DNA of 57,672 nt. Source: a virus. Taxonomy: Duplodnaviria; Caudoviricetes. Both the position numbers and the translations under genes were made by a program. Of this stretch, positions 1 through 9,524 are shown in pieces. Location of the stretch: positions 1-57,672 of IMG/VR virus record IMGVR_UViG_3300044296_000098, one strand, 5' to 3'. Below the pieces are notes generated by a model, which worked only from the letters and a program-made list of their open reading frames with translations, was not told the DNA's origin and made no database searches. Position 1 is the first letter of the stretch, and each line of letters starts with the position of its first letter.

Positions 1-692
1 AATCGTACGCCTTGCCTAGTCCTTCCGCCCCGGCCTGGCCCATGCCGTACAGGGTCTTCACGTCCTGCCCGATGCCCGCCACGCCATGAAGGCCGCTCGC
101 GAGCGTCGGCTGCTGCTGCGGTGCCGGCGTCTTGGCGGTCACGAGAGACGGATGCGAACCCCCGCTGGTCGGGATACCGAGCCCCATGCCCTCGCCCGGC
201 ATACCGGACAGACCGCGGCCGTGCTGCCCCCACGGAGCGTTGGCGAACATATCCGCCTGCGCCCGCAGCATCGCGGCGTAGTCGCTGTCCCCGACAAGAC
301 CGCCGCCGGCAAAGCCGAGCCCCGCGTGTTCAGGCGCCACGGCGCCGCCCATCGAGGCGGCGTCCGCTGTGGCCTTGTCATAGTCGACCGTCTTATAGCC
401 GCCGGCCAGGCCGACCGCCTCGGGGTGATGCTTCTCGACGTCCTGGGCGAGCAACCCGATGTGCTTGCCGGGTTGACCGCGGTAACGGTACTTGAAGATC
501 TTCTGCCCGTCGTAGGTCTCGCCCACAGGCTCGATATCTTCCTTCAGCCGCTCATCGGAGAACATGGACGACGGCGAAGTAGTCGTTGTGGTCGACCCCG
601 ATAGCGCGCCCGTGCCCTCGGCGATGTTCGCCTCGAATTGGGCCGCCTGGAACGGGTAAGCCTGTTGCTGTTGGAACTGCTTATACAGCGCC
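1..692. repeat. Left copy of imperfect 692-bp terminal direct repeat (circularisation overlap)
   Basis: Aligns without gaps to 56981-57672. I count 24 substitutions, all between positions 81 and 565. Confidence 0.97.
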
Positions 693-1387
693 TCTAGCCC
701 GGCCTGCTGCGTTTGCTGCTGCGCCTGCCCGGCGGCCATTTGGGCTTGCGCGCCCTGCAGGGACGCTTGCTGCGCGCCCGCCCCGAGACCGGCGAGTTGC
801 TGGCCCGCTCCCGTCAGACGGGCGAGGTTCGCCTGCTGCGCCGCAAGCTGCGCGCCCTGCTGTTGCGCGGCGACCCCTTGCGCCTGGGTGTAGCCAGACT
901 GTAGCGCCTGGGCCAAAGTCTGTTGATTGGCGAGGTTCTGCTGGTAGGCAAGGTTCGCCGCGGCTACACCGGCTCGATCGCCGCCAAAGGCCCCGGACTG
1001 GATCGCCTGCCCCTGCAATGCGCTTCGCTGCTGGGCGTTCTGTTGCTGCTGGGCAGCCATCAGAGACCCGACCACATCACCCAGATACGGCGACAGATAC
1101 CGGTTGGTTTGAAGTTGCCCGAGGTTAGCCGGGCCGGCGCCGGCCAAGGTCAGCCCCGTGGCCGCGCCATAGTATGGCTGCGCCTGACCGGCGGCGGCAT
1201 TGGTACCCGCGATGCCCGCTTGCTGCGTCGGGGTCAGCGGCGCAACGAATGCACTCGGGTCGTAGCTGTACGCTTGGAACGGGGTCTGAGATACTTGCGA
1301 AGCTCGCGCATTGACCGCGTTGTACCGAGCGAGAACCTCCGGCGGGATCTGGACGGTACTGGTAGAAGTTGAGGATTTACCGCCCAT
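1..1387 (-). CDS. 5' part of a large internal virion/ejection protein (about 1153 aa across the junction) with a Gln/Ala-rich N-terminus and an internal peptidase-S74-like chaperone motif
   Basis: ATG at 1387 (MGGKSSTSTSTVQIPPEVLARY...) is open to the window edge, contains SDERLKEDIEPVG...GLLAQDVEK, and continues in frame into 56980-54906. It is missing from the ORF track because it runs off the edge. Confidence 0.8.
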   Translation of the reverse strand, partial: MGGKSSTSTSTVQIPPEVLARYNAVNARASQVSQTPFQAYSYDPSAFVAPLTPTQQAGIAGTNAAAGQAQPYYGAATGLTLAGAGPANLGQLQTNRYLSPYLGDVVGSLMAAQQQQNAQQRSALQGQAIQSGAFGGDRAGVAAANLAYQQNLANQQTLAQALQSGYTQAQGVAAQQQGAQLAAQQANLARLTGAGQQLAGLGAGAQQASLQGAQAQMAAGQAQQQTQQAGLEALYKQFQQQQAYPFQAAQFEANIAEGTGALSGSTTTTTSPSSMFSDERLKEDIEPVGETYDGQKIFKYRYRGQPGKHIGLLAQDVEKHHPEAVGLAGGYKTVDYDKATADAASMGGAVAPEHAGLGFAGGGLVGDSDYAAMLRAQADMFANAPWGQHGRGLSGMPGEGMGLGIPTSGGSHPSLVTAKTPAPQQQPTLASGLHGVAGIGQDVKTLYGMGQAGAEGLGKAYD

Positions 1388-1877
1388 CGGGGGCCTCCGC
1401 GGTCAGCCGGTCATCAGTCCGGGCGTTATAGAGGAAGAAGGCGCCGGCGGGTTCCCCGAACATCCGCTCGTACATCACGACCTTGGTCTTCGTTCGGTGG
1501 TTACTGAGAACCCCTATCAAGAGCGGTAGGCCGAGTTTATCAGACGTAGCTTTCGCAAAGCTCGCCAATAACCGCGCGTGGCGGCTCTTTCGGCAATCTT
1601 TGCGGACGTATAGAATTTTCTCTTCGATCACTTCCGCGTCAGAATAAGACACGTTCCCGATGCGCAGAACGACCAGGGCTTCAGGCGCTTGGCCCGGAAC
1701 GCCGATCACCCCCACGATGCCGCGATCCAACGTGAGAGCAGCCCACAGGTCGTTCAGCATCTTGAGCGGATTGGCGTCAACGAAACCGTTCTCGTGATGC
1801 CCCTCCATGAGGAGGTCCATGAGCGGGTGAACGTCGTCTGGCGTTCCGATCCGAACGGTCGCGTTGATGATCGGCAT
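1377..1877 (-). CDS. GNAT-fold acetyltransferase-like protein
   Basis: VRIGTPDD...ILYVRKDCRKSRHARLL...MYERMFG pattern; lies next to the ejection genes. Start chosen at MPIIN. Confidence 0.55.
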   Translation of the reverse strand: MPIINATVRIGTPDDVHPLMDLLMEGHHENGFVDANPLKMLNDLWAALTLDRGIVGVIGVPGQAPEALVVLRIGNVSYSDAEVIEEKILYVRKDCRKSRHARLLASFAKATSDKLGLPLLIGVLSNHRTKTKVVMYERMFGEPAGAFFLYNARTDDRLTAEAPDGR

Positions 1878-1878
1878 T

Positions 1879-2469
1879 CTAATCCTTCTTCGGACCCGGC
1901 AAGGCTTCAAGCGTCTTAATCGTCTTGGCCCGCATTCGCTTCACGAATTCATCCAGTATGCGATGGCCGTCTTCTAACGACCCGCTCCCGAGCCTTACCA
2001 CGTCCTGCGGGTGGATGACATACTCCCCGCCCGCGGCCACGATGGGCACCGTGCCTACGGATCCACCCGCCGCCCGGTGGGGCGCGGGTTGCCCGTAAGG
2101 CATCGGGCTGTCGCCGCCGTAAGGAATGCCCGCGCCGGCACCCTTCGACCCGTAGAAGGGCTGGCTAAAGATCGACTTAGCGACCTTGAACCCTGCCATC
2201 GTGTTGCCTTGCCCCATCGCGCCGATGATGTCCGCCGGGATCACGTAGGATCCGGACACGACGTGCATTGGAAGATGGTCGGTGCGGCCGGCCACAGGGC
2301 TGTGGATAGGACCGACGTGGACCTTGTTGACGGTTCCTCCTTCGGCCCGCCCTTCCCGCGCCGTGCGCATCGCTGCGGCCACAGCCTGGGCCTGCGGATG
2401 GCCCGCATGAACCATCTCGCGAATGTTGCTGCTGATCGTGGCGGGGCTGCTGCCGTGAGCGAGGGGCAT
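1879..2469 (-). CDS. Hypothetical virion-associated protein
   Basis: MPLAHGSS...ISSNIREMVHAGHPQAQAVAAA, GRTDHLP...GSYVIPADII and GGEYVIHP segments; tightly packed in the late operon. Confidence 0.7.
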   Translation of the reverse strand: MPLAHGSSPATISSNIREMVHAGHPQAQAVAAAMRTAREGRAEGGTVNKVHVGPIHSPVAGRTDHLPMHVVSGSYVIPADIIGAMGQGNTMAGFKVAKSIFSQPFYGSKGAGAGIPYGGDSPMPYGQPAPHRAAGGSVGTVPIVAAGGEYVIHPQDVVRLGSGSLEDGHRILDEFVKRMRAKTIKTLEALPGPKKD

Positions 2470-2473
2470 TAAG

Positions 2474-2752
2474 TCACACTCCTGATACAGCGGTCCAAGT
2501 AGAGCCATTGCTTACGTAAAGGCGAGAGCCTGTTGTTCCGGTGTAGTTTAGGTAAAGGGAAGCGTTTGGCTGCACCGCTGATGGTGCTCCGGAGCCACTG
2601 GAAATGTTAGGCATTCCAGTGGTTCCCATCGTAGTGGCGCCATTCAGGATCGCATTGGAAAGAGTGGGGACAGAGGACAGAACAACAGACCCCGAGCCAG
2701 TCGCAGTCGTAACGCCCGTTCCGCCGAAAGCTGGGGTGATAACACCAACCAT
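2474..2752 (-). CDS. Small tail-fibre-like protein
   Basis: GGTGVTTATGSGSVVL module shared with the 4846-6867 protein; C-terminal LYVSNGSTW. Confidence 0.6.
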   Translation of the reverse strand: MVGVITPAFGGTGVTTATGSGSVVLSSVPTLSNAILNGATTMGTTGMPNISSGSGAPSAVQPNASLYLNYTGTTGSRLYVSNGSTWTAVSGV

Positions 2753-2755
2753 GAC

Positions 2756-4846
2756 TTATCTCCATTCCACCGAAAGGGCGTTCACGTAGAACTGCACGCC
2801 CGAAGTTGAGTTGAAATACATCGCGTTGAAGATGGAGTTGGTCGTCACGTCGATCCAATTGGAGTCGAAGTTGACATTGGCCGCGCTCGTCGCGGTGTTC
2901 ATCGAGACGGTTAGCTCTGGGATCGTGGGGAAGTTCAGCACGGTCGTGCCGGACGTGACGCCAGTTACGACGTAGAGAGTGCCGGAAATGCGGACCTGCT
3001 TCGCGCCATATTGGATTGGCGCGTATTGGCTGCCCGTGGTCAAAACGGAAGTTGACCCCGTGCCGGTGAACAGCATCGTCTCGAAGAAGCCGATCGGGTT
3101 CCAGATGCCGTATTTGTCAGTGTTGCAGTAGGCTATGCCGCCGCCCGCGACGAAATTACCACCAGAACCTTTAATTACGTTATAGTTTGAGACGGAAGCG
3201 TTGGAATTGGCCGCGAGGTTGAAGACGAGCTGGCCGGTCCCGTAGTGGGCACAATAGAACCCGTTGACCATGAGGGTTCCACCGGAGCCATTCCCGATGG
3301 CGAAGACGTTGTTATCGACCCAGCTCACGTTCAGATTGGCGATTTGCATCGTCACATTGTCGGAGCGGAAGTCGAAAGCGTAGAGGTTTTGACTGCCCAG
3401 AGGCACATTCTGCGTGCCCACGAGGAAATTATTGCCGGTTCCGATTACGTGAGTCGTATTGGCCGCGACCTTCATTGCGCAGCCAATAATGTTAAATCCT
3501 ACGTTCTCAAAGAAGCCGTTGAACCAGCTGTGAGTTGCGCCAAAGCAAGTTCCGTCCGTGAAACGGATACCGGTGTTGATGAAGTTGAAAATGATATTTT
3601 TCGCGACGGAGTTATCCGTGTATTGGCAATCCCAGCCGAGAACGTTGTCCCACATCCAATTATGGACCGGATTACCAGACATGATGTTATTTACCTGGAT
3701 GTTGTCCAGGAGAATAGTATCGTTTACGTTAACGGTCTGAAAGCCGATATACCAAGGCGAGCCGATAATGACGTTTTGGATGACAGTCCCGGTGCCGTTT
3801 TGAATGCCATAGGCGATGCCGCTGTAGGTGACGCTAAACCCGTGGCTGGCATTCACGATCATAACGTCTGAAACGTGGCAATAGTTGCCGGAGACCGTGA
3901 AGGCATAGGGATAGGTTACGACATTTCCGCTCGTGATGGTGGTTGGTTGGCTAACCGCCGTTGACTGGTCATAAATGAAGTTCACGCCGAGCAACGAAGC
4001 ACCGTTAGCTTCGTTGAAATACACCGTAGCGGAAGAAGCGGAGCCGGAGACGTAGCACGAGAAAGTAATCGTGCTGCTGGTTGCCGAGGAAACTCGCCAA
4101 GCGCCGTTGAAAGCAGAATTGCTCGCGCCGGTTATCGTGACAATATTTCCGGCCGCCGCCGTGTAGGCAGGCGTGCCGCTAGGGTAGGCCAAGGTGGCCG
4201 TAGTTCCGTTGCCGGCGATCGTGCAGTTGGCGACGCCGCTATTCCACAGGGTCGTCATACCTGTGGAGGTGGGATCGGCGTAGGTGGGGTTGCCGAGCTG
4301 GCAAGCCGTGTTTACAGAGTCAACGCACTGTATCCAGGTGCCCGTCTTCGACCATTGAGTTACTCCGCCGTTGTTGGCGTAGAAGGTCTTGCTGCCCGCG
4401 CCCTGCAAGGTAACGCCCGGTGGCACGATCAGGCCTTTAGTGAGGTAATAAGGCGTCCCGGTGGGCGGCAAGTAGACAACTCCGCCGCCCGCATTGAAGG
4501 CGGCGTTCAGAGCCGTTTGAACGGCAACGTAGTCATCAGTTGCCCCGTTGCCAGTAGCGCCGTAGTTCTGCGCGTTGATAAAGGCTTGCCCGGCCAGGGC
4601 GTAACCGGTGCTTGTAGCGTTCCCGACAAGAATTTGCCCGACCGTTGGAATGCTCGAAAGGCCTGTGCCCCCCTGCGACACCGGGATCGGACTGGCGGAA
4701 GTGCCTGCGCCCACCCGGAACACGGTAGCGCCGTCTGACGAGTATAGAACACGATCCGCGGTATTGAGCGCGAGTTCCCCCGCCGCCAAAGACGACGGAA
4801 TAGAACCGGAAGAACCCGAACGCTTAACCTGGATCGTGTTTGCCAT
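2756..4846 (-). CDS. Tailspike/depolymerase with pectate-lyase-like right-handed beta-helix
   Basis: INAQNYGATGNGATDDYVAVQTALNA...GGGVVYLPP beta-helix cap motif followed by an Asn-rich region; N-terminal IQVKRS...LAAGELALN anchor. Confidence 0.8.
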   Translation of the reverse strand: MANTIQVKRSGSSGSIPSSLAAGELALNTADRVLYSSDGATVFRVGAGTSASPIPVSQGGTGLSSIPTVGQILVGNATSTGYALAGQAFINAQNYGATGNGATDDYVAVQTALNAAFNAGGGVVYLPPTGTPYYLTKGLIVPPGVTLQGAGSKTFYANNGGVTQWSKTGTWIQCVDSVNTACQLGNPTYADPTSTGMTTLWNSGVANCTIAGNGTTATLAYPSGTPAYTAAAGNIVTITGASNSAFNGAWRVSSATSSTITFSCYVSGSASSATVYFNEANGASLLGVNFIYDQSTAVSQPTTITSGNVVTYPYAFTVSGNYCHVSDVMIVNASHGFSVTYSGIAYGIQNGTGTVIQNVIIGSPWYIGFQTVNVNDTILLDNIQVNNIMSGNPVHNWMWDNVLGWDCQYTDNSVAKNIIFNFINTGIRFTDGTCFGATHSWFNGFFENVGFNIIGCAMKVAANTTHVIGTGNNFLVGTQNVPLGSQNLYAFDFRSDNVTMQIANLNVSWVDNNVFAIGNGSGGTLMVNGFYCAHYGTGQLVFNLAANSNASVSNYNVIKGSGGNFVAGGGIAYCNTDKYGIWNPIGFFETMLFTGTGSTSVLTTGSQYAPIQYGAKQVRISGTLYVVTGVTSGTTVLNFPTIPELTVSMNTATSAANVNFDSNWIDVTTNSIFNAMYFNSTSGVQFYVNALSVEWR

Positions 4847-6867
4847 TAGTACGTCCCCCCGTTGATAGTGTTTCCATCAAAGGTCGTCAGGTTCGTGACG
4901 GATCCGCCAGAGAGGGAAGCGTTCGAGATGGTCGCACCTTGCAGGCTCAACAGCGCCGTCGAATACCACTGCGTCGTGCTGGAAGCATCGAACTCAATCC
5001 AGCCGTTCACGGGGATCTGAATGGCGATGTTAGTGCCGAGAGCATCGATCTGCGCGGCAAGCGCCGGGTAAATGTTGACTGGATTTGCGCCGCGATTGAC
5101 GACGATAACGCGGCGGCCGACCGTAGCAGTCGGCAAGGTCACGGCGCTCGGGCTTGCCGTAGCGGTCGTGATGAAGTTGAAGTCCGACGTAAGCGGCGTT
5201 TGACCCTGGGTATTTGAGGTCGAAGCCGTAATCGCAGAGGACGTAGAATACGTCTCTGCGCTCAGTGCCGGGGTCGTAAGGCTTGGGCTGGTGTTGAGCA
5301 CCACACTGCCCGAGCCTGTGCTGCTCGTGACGCCCGTGCCGCCCGCTGTGACGGGCAACGTCCCTGTCGTCAGTGCGCTCGTGCTGGTAGCGTAGACCGC
5401 GCCGCCAGAAGTGAACGTAGTCAGGCCCGTGCCACCATTGGTCGTCGGAAGCGTACCGGCCACGCCGGTCGTCAATGACAAGCCCGTGGCGTTGGTTAGC
5501 GTGATCGAGCTAGGGGTGCCCAGGTTTGGCGTCGTCAACGTCGGGCTGGTACTGAAGACGACATTACCCGAACCCGTCGTTCCCGACGTGATCTGCGATC
5601 CGGCGATAGCAATCGACGTGTTGGTCACACCGGTCAATTGCCCCTGGCCGTTGACCGTGAACACCGGAACAGAGGAAGCCGACCCGTAAGTGGCAGGCGT
5701 GACTGCGGTATTGGTGATGCTGAAGACGTTGGCTGCCAGCGTCAGCCCGGTGCCGGCCGAGTAGGTGATCGGGCTAGAGAACTCAACGAAATTGAGCGCC
5801 GTCGTGCCGATCGTGATCGACCCGGTGGTGTTGAGAACCCAGCTAGTATTCAGGTTGCTGCTGCCGCTAGTGACTAGTGCATACGCACCCGTCGCCACCT
5901 CACCGGTCGTAGCCTGGTCGAAGTCCGTTGCTCGGGTCAGCACCCAGTTGGTCGAACCCGATCCTACAGTCGTGACGGTGTAAATGCCGTTCTGAGCCGC
6001 AGCGGCTTGATCCTTGATCAGCACTCGCTGGCTGGCCGACAAGGACACGCCATCGAGCGAGAAGGCTGCCTGCGCGCCCGAGTTGGTTAGCGTGGCACCT
6101 ACGCCGGAGGTGCCGTTGTTATAGGTGGCGCTCAACGCCCCCGTAGAAGCCGCCGTAACCGGCGTGTGGATCTGCAAGCCGGTCGCATTGGCGTCGACAT
6201 ATGCCTTGGTCGCGGCATCAGTGGCGTTGACCGGAGCGCCCGCCAGGGTAATGCCAGACCCGGTGCCCGAGGTTGTCGCCGTCATATCCCGAATAGACGG
6301 GGTAACGATGGTGCCGTTGTTGCTCAGGACGACAGAACCCGAACCCGTGCTGCTCGTGACGCCCGTGCCGCCCGCCGTGACAGGCAACGTCCCCGTCGTC
6401 AGGGCGCTCGTGCTGGTAGCGTAGACGGCGCCGCCCGATACGAAGGAGCCTAGGCCCGTGCCGCCGCTGGTGGCGCCAAGAGTGCCCCCGAGCGTTATCG
6501 TGCCGGAGGTGGTGATGGGGCCGCCCGAGGTTGTCAGGCCGGTCGTGCCACCGGAAACTTGAACGCTCGTGACCGTCGCGCTGCTGGTCGCGTTGATCGT
6601 GACATCCGCTCGGTTCGAGACGGCGTTGTCCGACACGCTCAGCGTGACGTTGGTTCCGGGGATGAAGTTGATCGACGGCCGAGTGCTGTTGAGCGTGCCG
6701 TTGTTGTCGATCTGGACTGCGCCGACAACTTGGAAGACGGAGGAACCGGTTCCTGCGTACAGGAACTTATCCGTCAGATTGAGGGCCATTTCGCCCGCCT
6801 GAAGGGCGCCTGCGCTGGGAACCGAACCGGCGGTGGAGGACCGCTTGATCTGAATTACGTTTGCCAT
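4846..6867 (-). CDS. Tail fibre protein
   Basis: Thr/Gly/Ser-rich; DAATKAYVD and RVLIKDQ...QNGIY...WVLTRATDFD fibre motifs; internal duplication. Confidence 0.75.
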   Translation of the reverse strand: MANVIQIKRSSTAGSVPSAGALQAGEMALNLTDKFLYAGTGSSVFQVVGAVQIDNNGTLNSTRPSINFIPGTNVTLSVSDNAVSNRADVTINATSSATVTSVQVSGGTTGLTTSGGPITTSGTITLGGTLGATSGGTGLGSFVSGGAVYATSTSALTTGTLPVTAGGTGVTSSTGSGSVVLSNNGTIVTPSIRDMTATTSGTGSGITLAGAPVNATDAATKAYVDANATGLQIHTPVTAASTGALSATYNNGTSGVGATLTNSGAQAAFSLDGVSLSASQRVLIKDQAAAAQNGIYTVTTVGSGSTNWVLTRATDFDQATTGEVATGAYALVTSGSSNLNTSWVLNTTGSITIGTTALNFVEFSSPITYSAGTGLTLAANVFSITNTAVTPATYGSASSVPVFTVNGQGQLTGVTNTSIAIAGSQITSGTTGSGNVVFSTSPTLTTPNLGTPSSITLTNATGLSLTTGVAGTLPTTNGGTGLTTFTSGGAVYATSTSALTTGTLPVTAGGTGVTSSTGSGSVVLNTSPSLTTPALSAETYSTSSAITASTSNTQGQTPLTSDFNFITTATASPSAVTLPTATVGRRVIVVNRGANPVNIYPALAAQIDALGTNIAIQIPVNGWIEFDASSTTQWYSTALLSLQGATISNASLSGGSVTNLTTFDGNTINGGTY

Positions 6868-7446
6868 TTAGTAGGTTCCACCGTCCAAAGAGATCGAAAC
6901 GGAAGCCGCGGCTTCCAACTGGCCTTGCGGGTTTACCGTAAGAATAGGGACGCTTGAGGCCCCGCCATACGCTCCCGATGCTACCGGCGTGTTGGTGATG
7001 CTGAGAGTTCCGGTCGAAGTGATCGCCGCCCCGGCCGTGCCGTTTGCGCTAAGGCCAGTCCCAGCCGTGATACTGGTGACGCCGGACGCGCTTGCGGTCC
7101 CGGTCGACGAGATCGTCACAGACCCGGGGCCGGTCGAGATGTTGATGCCCGAGCCCGCGGCCAGAGTGCCGGGAACGTAAACCGACCCGGTGCTGATCGG
7201 GATCGAGCCCGCCACCGTCGGCGCCACATTGGTCCCGAGGCCCCCGGCGGTAGGAGCCACGACGCCGCCCAGCGTGACCGTTCCGGTCGTGGGCACGTCC
7301 GGCGTCAGCCCGGTGGTGCCCCCGCTGAACGCCGCCACGCCGGCGCCGCCAAGGCCGCCAAGGTTCTGAAGGGCGTTGATGATGCCGTTGATGGCGACGA
7401 CGCCATTCTTCTGCGTCGTCAGAATATCAGTGAGAGACGCGCTCAT
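6868..7446 (-). CDS. Tail/fibre-associated structural protein
   Basis: FSGGTTGLTP, GVTSITAGTGLS and YG..SSVP..TVN.QGQL modules shared with neighbouring fibres; ends DGGTY. Confidence 0.65.
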   Translation of the reverse strand: MSASLTDILTTQKNGVVAINGIINALQNLGGLGGAGVAAFSGGTTGLTPDVPTTGTVTLGGVVAPTAGGLGTNVAPTVAGSIPISTGSVYVPGTLAAGSGINISTGPGSVTISSTGTASASGVTSITAGTGLSANGTAGAAITSTGTLSITNTPVASGAYGGASSVPILTVNPQGQLEAAASVSISLDGGTY

Positions 7447-9521
7447 CAGTATTTTCCGTCCGGCATCACGCGGTATCTCATATTACCAATGCGCCACCAA
7501 GTGCCGATGTCGCTGCTCCCAACGGCGATGGATACTAGCCTTCCCCGGAACCTCGGGGAGATAAAGGTCGTGTTCCGGGTCACTTGGTAAGGCCCGTACA
7601 CGGAGGGGGTGTCGCCGGGGTAATCAGCGACGTAGAAAGTCAGGTTCAGGGTCGCGCTCGGGTTCGGCGTCGTCGTGACCGGGTTCGAGCTGCCGTTGTA
7701 GTAGCCCCACTTTGCGTCCGGCCACATCTGGTCAATGAACGATTTCAGGTCGCCTTCGTTAATCGCGAAGTACCCGGTTTGGAAGTAGCTATTCATCGCG
7801 ACCGCTTGGGCGCCACTGGCAGCATCGGGCGACGTCTCGTGCTGGTAGATGTACCGGTCGGACGGGCTCGCACCGATAGGAGCACCGAGAACCGACTCGT
7901 TAATCCACGCTGACCGTCCTAACGACCCGTAATCCCAAGTGCGGAGGACAGCGTTGTATTTGACGTATTTGGCTACCTCGCCGCCCGATGTGGTTGTGGG
8001 GTAATACCAAGCCACTTCCGCAAATCGGGAGTTAACCGCGACCCGGATTTTGTTCAGGTTCGTCTTGTCGAGGTCTTGGAAGATTACGTCCCAAATCGGG
8101 CACGCAATTGGCTCCACGCCTCCCCCGGAAAGCTGATAGAATTGGGTCTGGCCCATCCAGTACACGACGCCGTTGTAAGAACCGGCGGCTTTCCGGCCGA
8201 TCAGACCGCAACCAGTTGCGATTTCATTGAACTGGTAAATGAAGGGTTGGCCGACGTATTGCATCGCCCATATTGACAGGTCTGTCCACACGAGGGCCTG
8301 CTGCGGACCCTGTATGCATCCGACGATACGAGAGCCCTTGGGGATGCGGTAAGAACCCGCCTGATTGGTGGTCTTGGCGATCCAGTCGTTGAAGTTCTCG
8401 ACGTCGCACCACCGTAGGAGAAGCGGGTCTTGCACGCCGTTAAAGGAAGACCCCCATGCGATGACTTGCCGCTGCGGCATAGCCACAAACATGCCGTCAT
8501 TGACTGGCGGGCCGAACGGTAGAACGGTGGCGATGACGTTACCGGAGGTCGGGTCCCATTGGTAAATAGGGCCGGTCACGGGGCACGCGAGAAGGATCTG
8601 ACCGAAATTATCGAGCGTCCAATCGACCGCCGTAATAGGCGTTCCGGTCGTAGGAACGATTGCCGTTCCAGAACCGAAGCCTCCGGTGCCAAACCCGCCT
8701 ACGCCAAAACCAGTGCCCGCCGGCACGGGGCCGAGGCCGACGTAGTAGAGGAAACTGACGGCTTCGTAGATGCTGCCTGTCGCGGAAGCTAGAGTAGCCG
8801 CCTGGATCGTGAAGACGCTGGTCGAAGAGACGGATTGGACGGTGTAATTACCGAATAGCGTCACGCCGTTAAGCGGCGTTGACACTAGGACCGGAAAGGT
8901 GTCCCCGGCCGCATACCCGTGCGAAGGGAGCGTCACGGTTACGACCGCTGACCCGCTCGTTGTAGCAAATTGCGGGGCGACCCCGCCGCTTGCGGTAGAC
9001 GTGGCTGGCGCCGGAAGCCCAAGAGCCGTCAGGGCTTGGATCGAGTACGTCGTGTTGCTGATTTCGGTGACGGGGTAGAGCCCAAAGAGGACCAAGCCGC
9101 CCACGGAGATTGGCGTTTCGATAAACACCGAGTCGTAGCTGCTAGTCGCGAAACCCGGATCAGTAATCTGGACAATGCTGCTGCCAGCAGTCGTCGAGAA
9201 GGCGATTGCGGGCGTCGTTGTTGCCGTACGGGGCGTAAGGTCGCGTAGGCTGCCGTTGCTCAGGGTATTGAGTGAGGCTTCGTTGCCCAACGCTAGATAC
9301 GAGACGGAGTTGGTGTCTTCCCACGCCCACAGGGCGCGGGTGATCGAACTCATGGGCGCAGAGTAGTATGCGGTCCAGCCGCCTAGCTTTTGAACAAGAC
9401 CTTGACCGGCCTTGTCATAGATAAACCGAATGAAGTTGCATTGCGAAATTGCGGCTTGGTTAAGAGCCTGCGTTTCGTTCTGGTCAACCCCCGGAATGAG
9501 CTTGATGGCAGAATGCGGCAT
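7446..9521 (-). CDS. Head-closure/nozzle (tail tubular B-like) protein
   Basis: 691 aa, beta-rich, propeller-like segments (LLRWCDVENFNDW, LVWTDLSIWAMQY, VYWMG); located directly after the adaptor gene. Confidence 0.65.
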   Translation of the reverse strand: MPHSAIKLIPGVDQNETQALNQAAISQCNFIRFIYDKAGQGLVQKLGGWTAYYSAPMSSITRALWAWEDTNSVSYLALGNEASLNTLSNGSLRDLTPRTATTTPAIAFSTTAGSSIVQITDPGFATSSYDSVFIETPISVGGLVLFGLYPVTEISNTTYSIQALTALGLPAPATSTASGGVAPQFATTSGSAVVTVTLPSHGYAAGDTFPVLVSTPLNGVTLFGNYTVQSVSSTSVFTIQAATLASATGSIYEAVSFLYYVGLGPVPAGTGFGVGGFGTGGFGSGTAIVPTTGTPITAVDWTLDNFGQILLACPVTGPIYQWDPTSGNVIATVLPFGPPVNDGMFVAMPQRQVIAWGSSFNGVQDPLLLRWCDVENFNDWIAKTTNQAGSYRIPKGSRIVGCIQGPQQALVWTDLSIWAMQYVGQPFIYQFNEIATGCGLIGRKAAGSYNGVVYWMGQTQFYQLSGGGVEPIACPIWDVIFQDLDKTNLNKIRVAVNSRFAEVAWYYPTTTSGGEVAKYVKYNAVLRTWDYGSLGRSAWINESVLGAPIGASPSDRYIYQHETSPDAASGAQAVAMNSYFQTGYFAINEGDLKSFIDQMWPDAKWGYYNGSSNPVTTTPNPSATLNLTFYVADYPGDTPSVYGPYQVTRNTTFISPRFRGRLVSIAVGSSDIGTWWRIGNMRYRVMPDGKY

Positions 9522-9524
9522 ACA

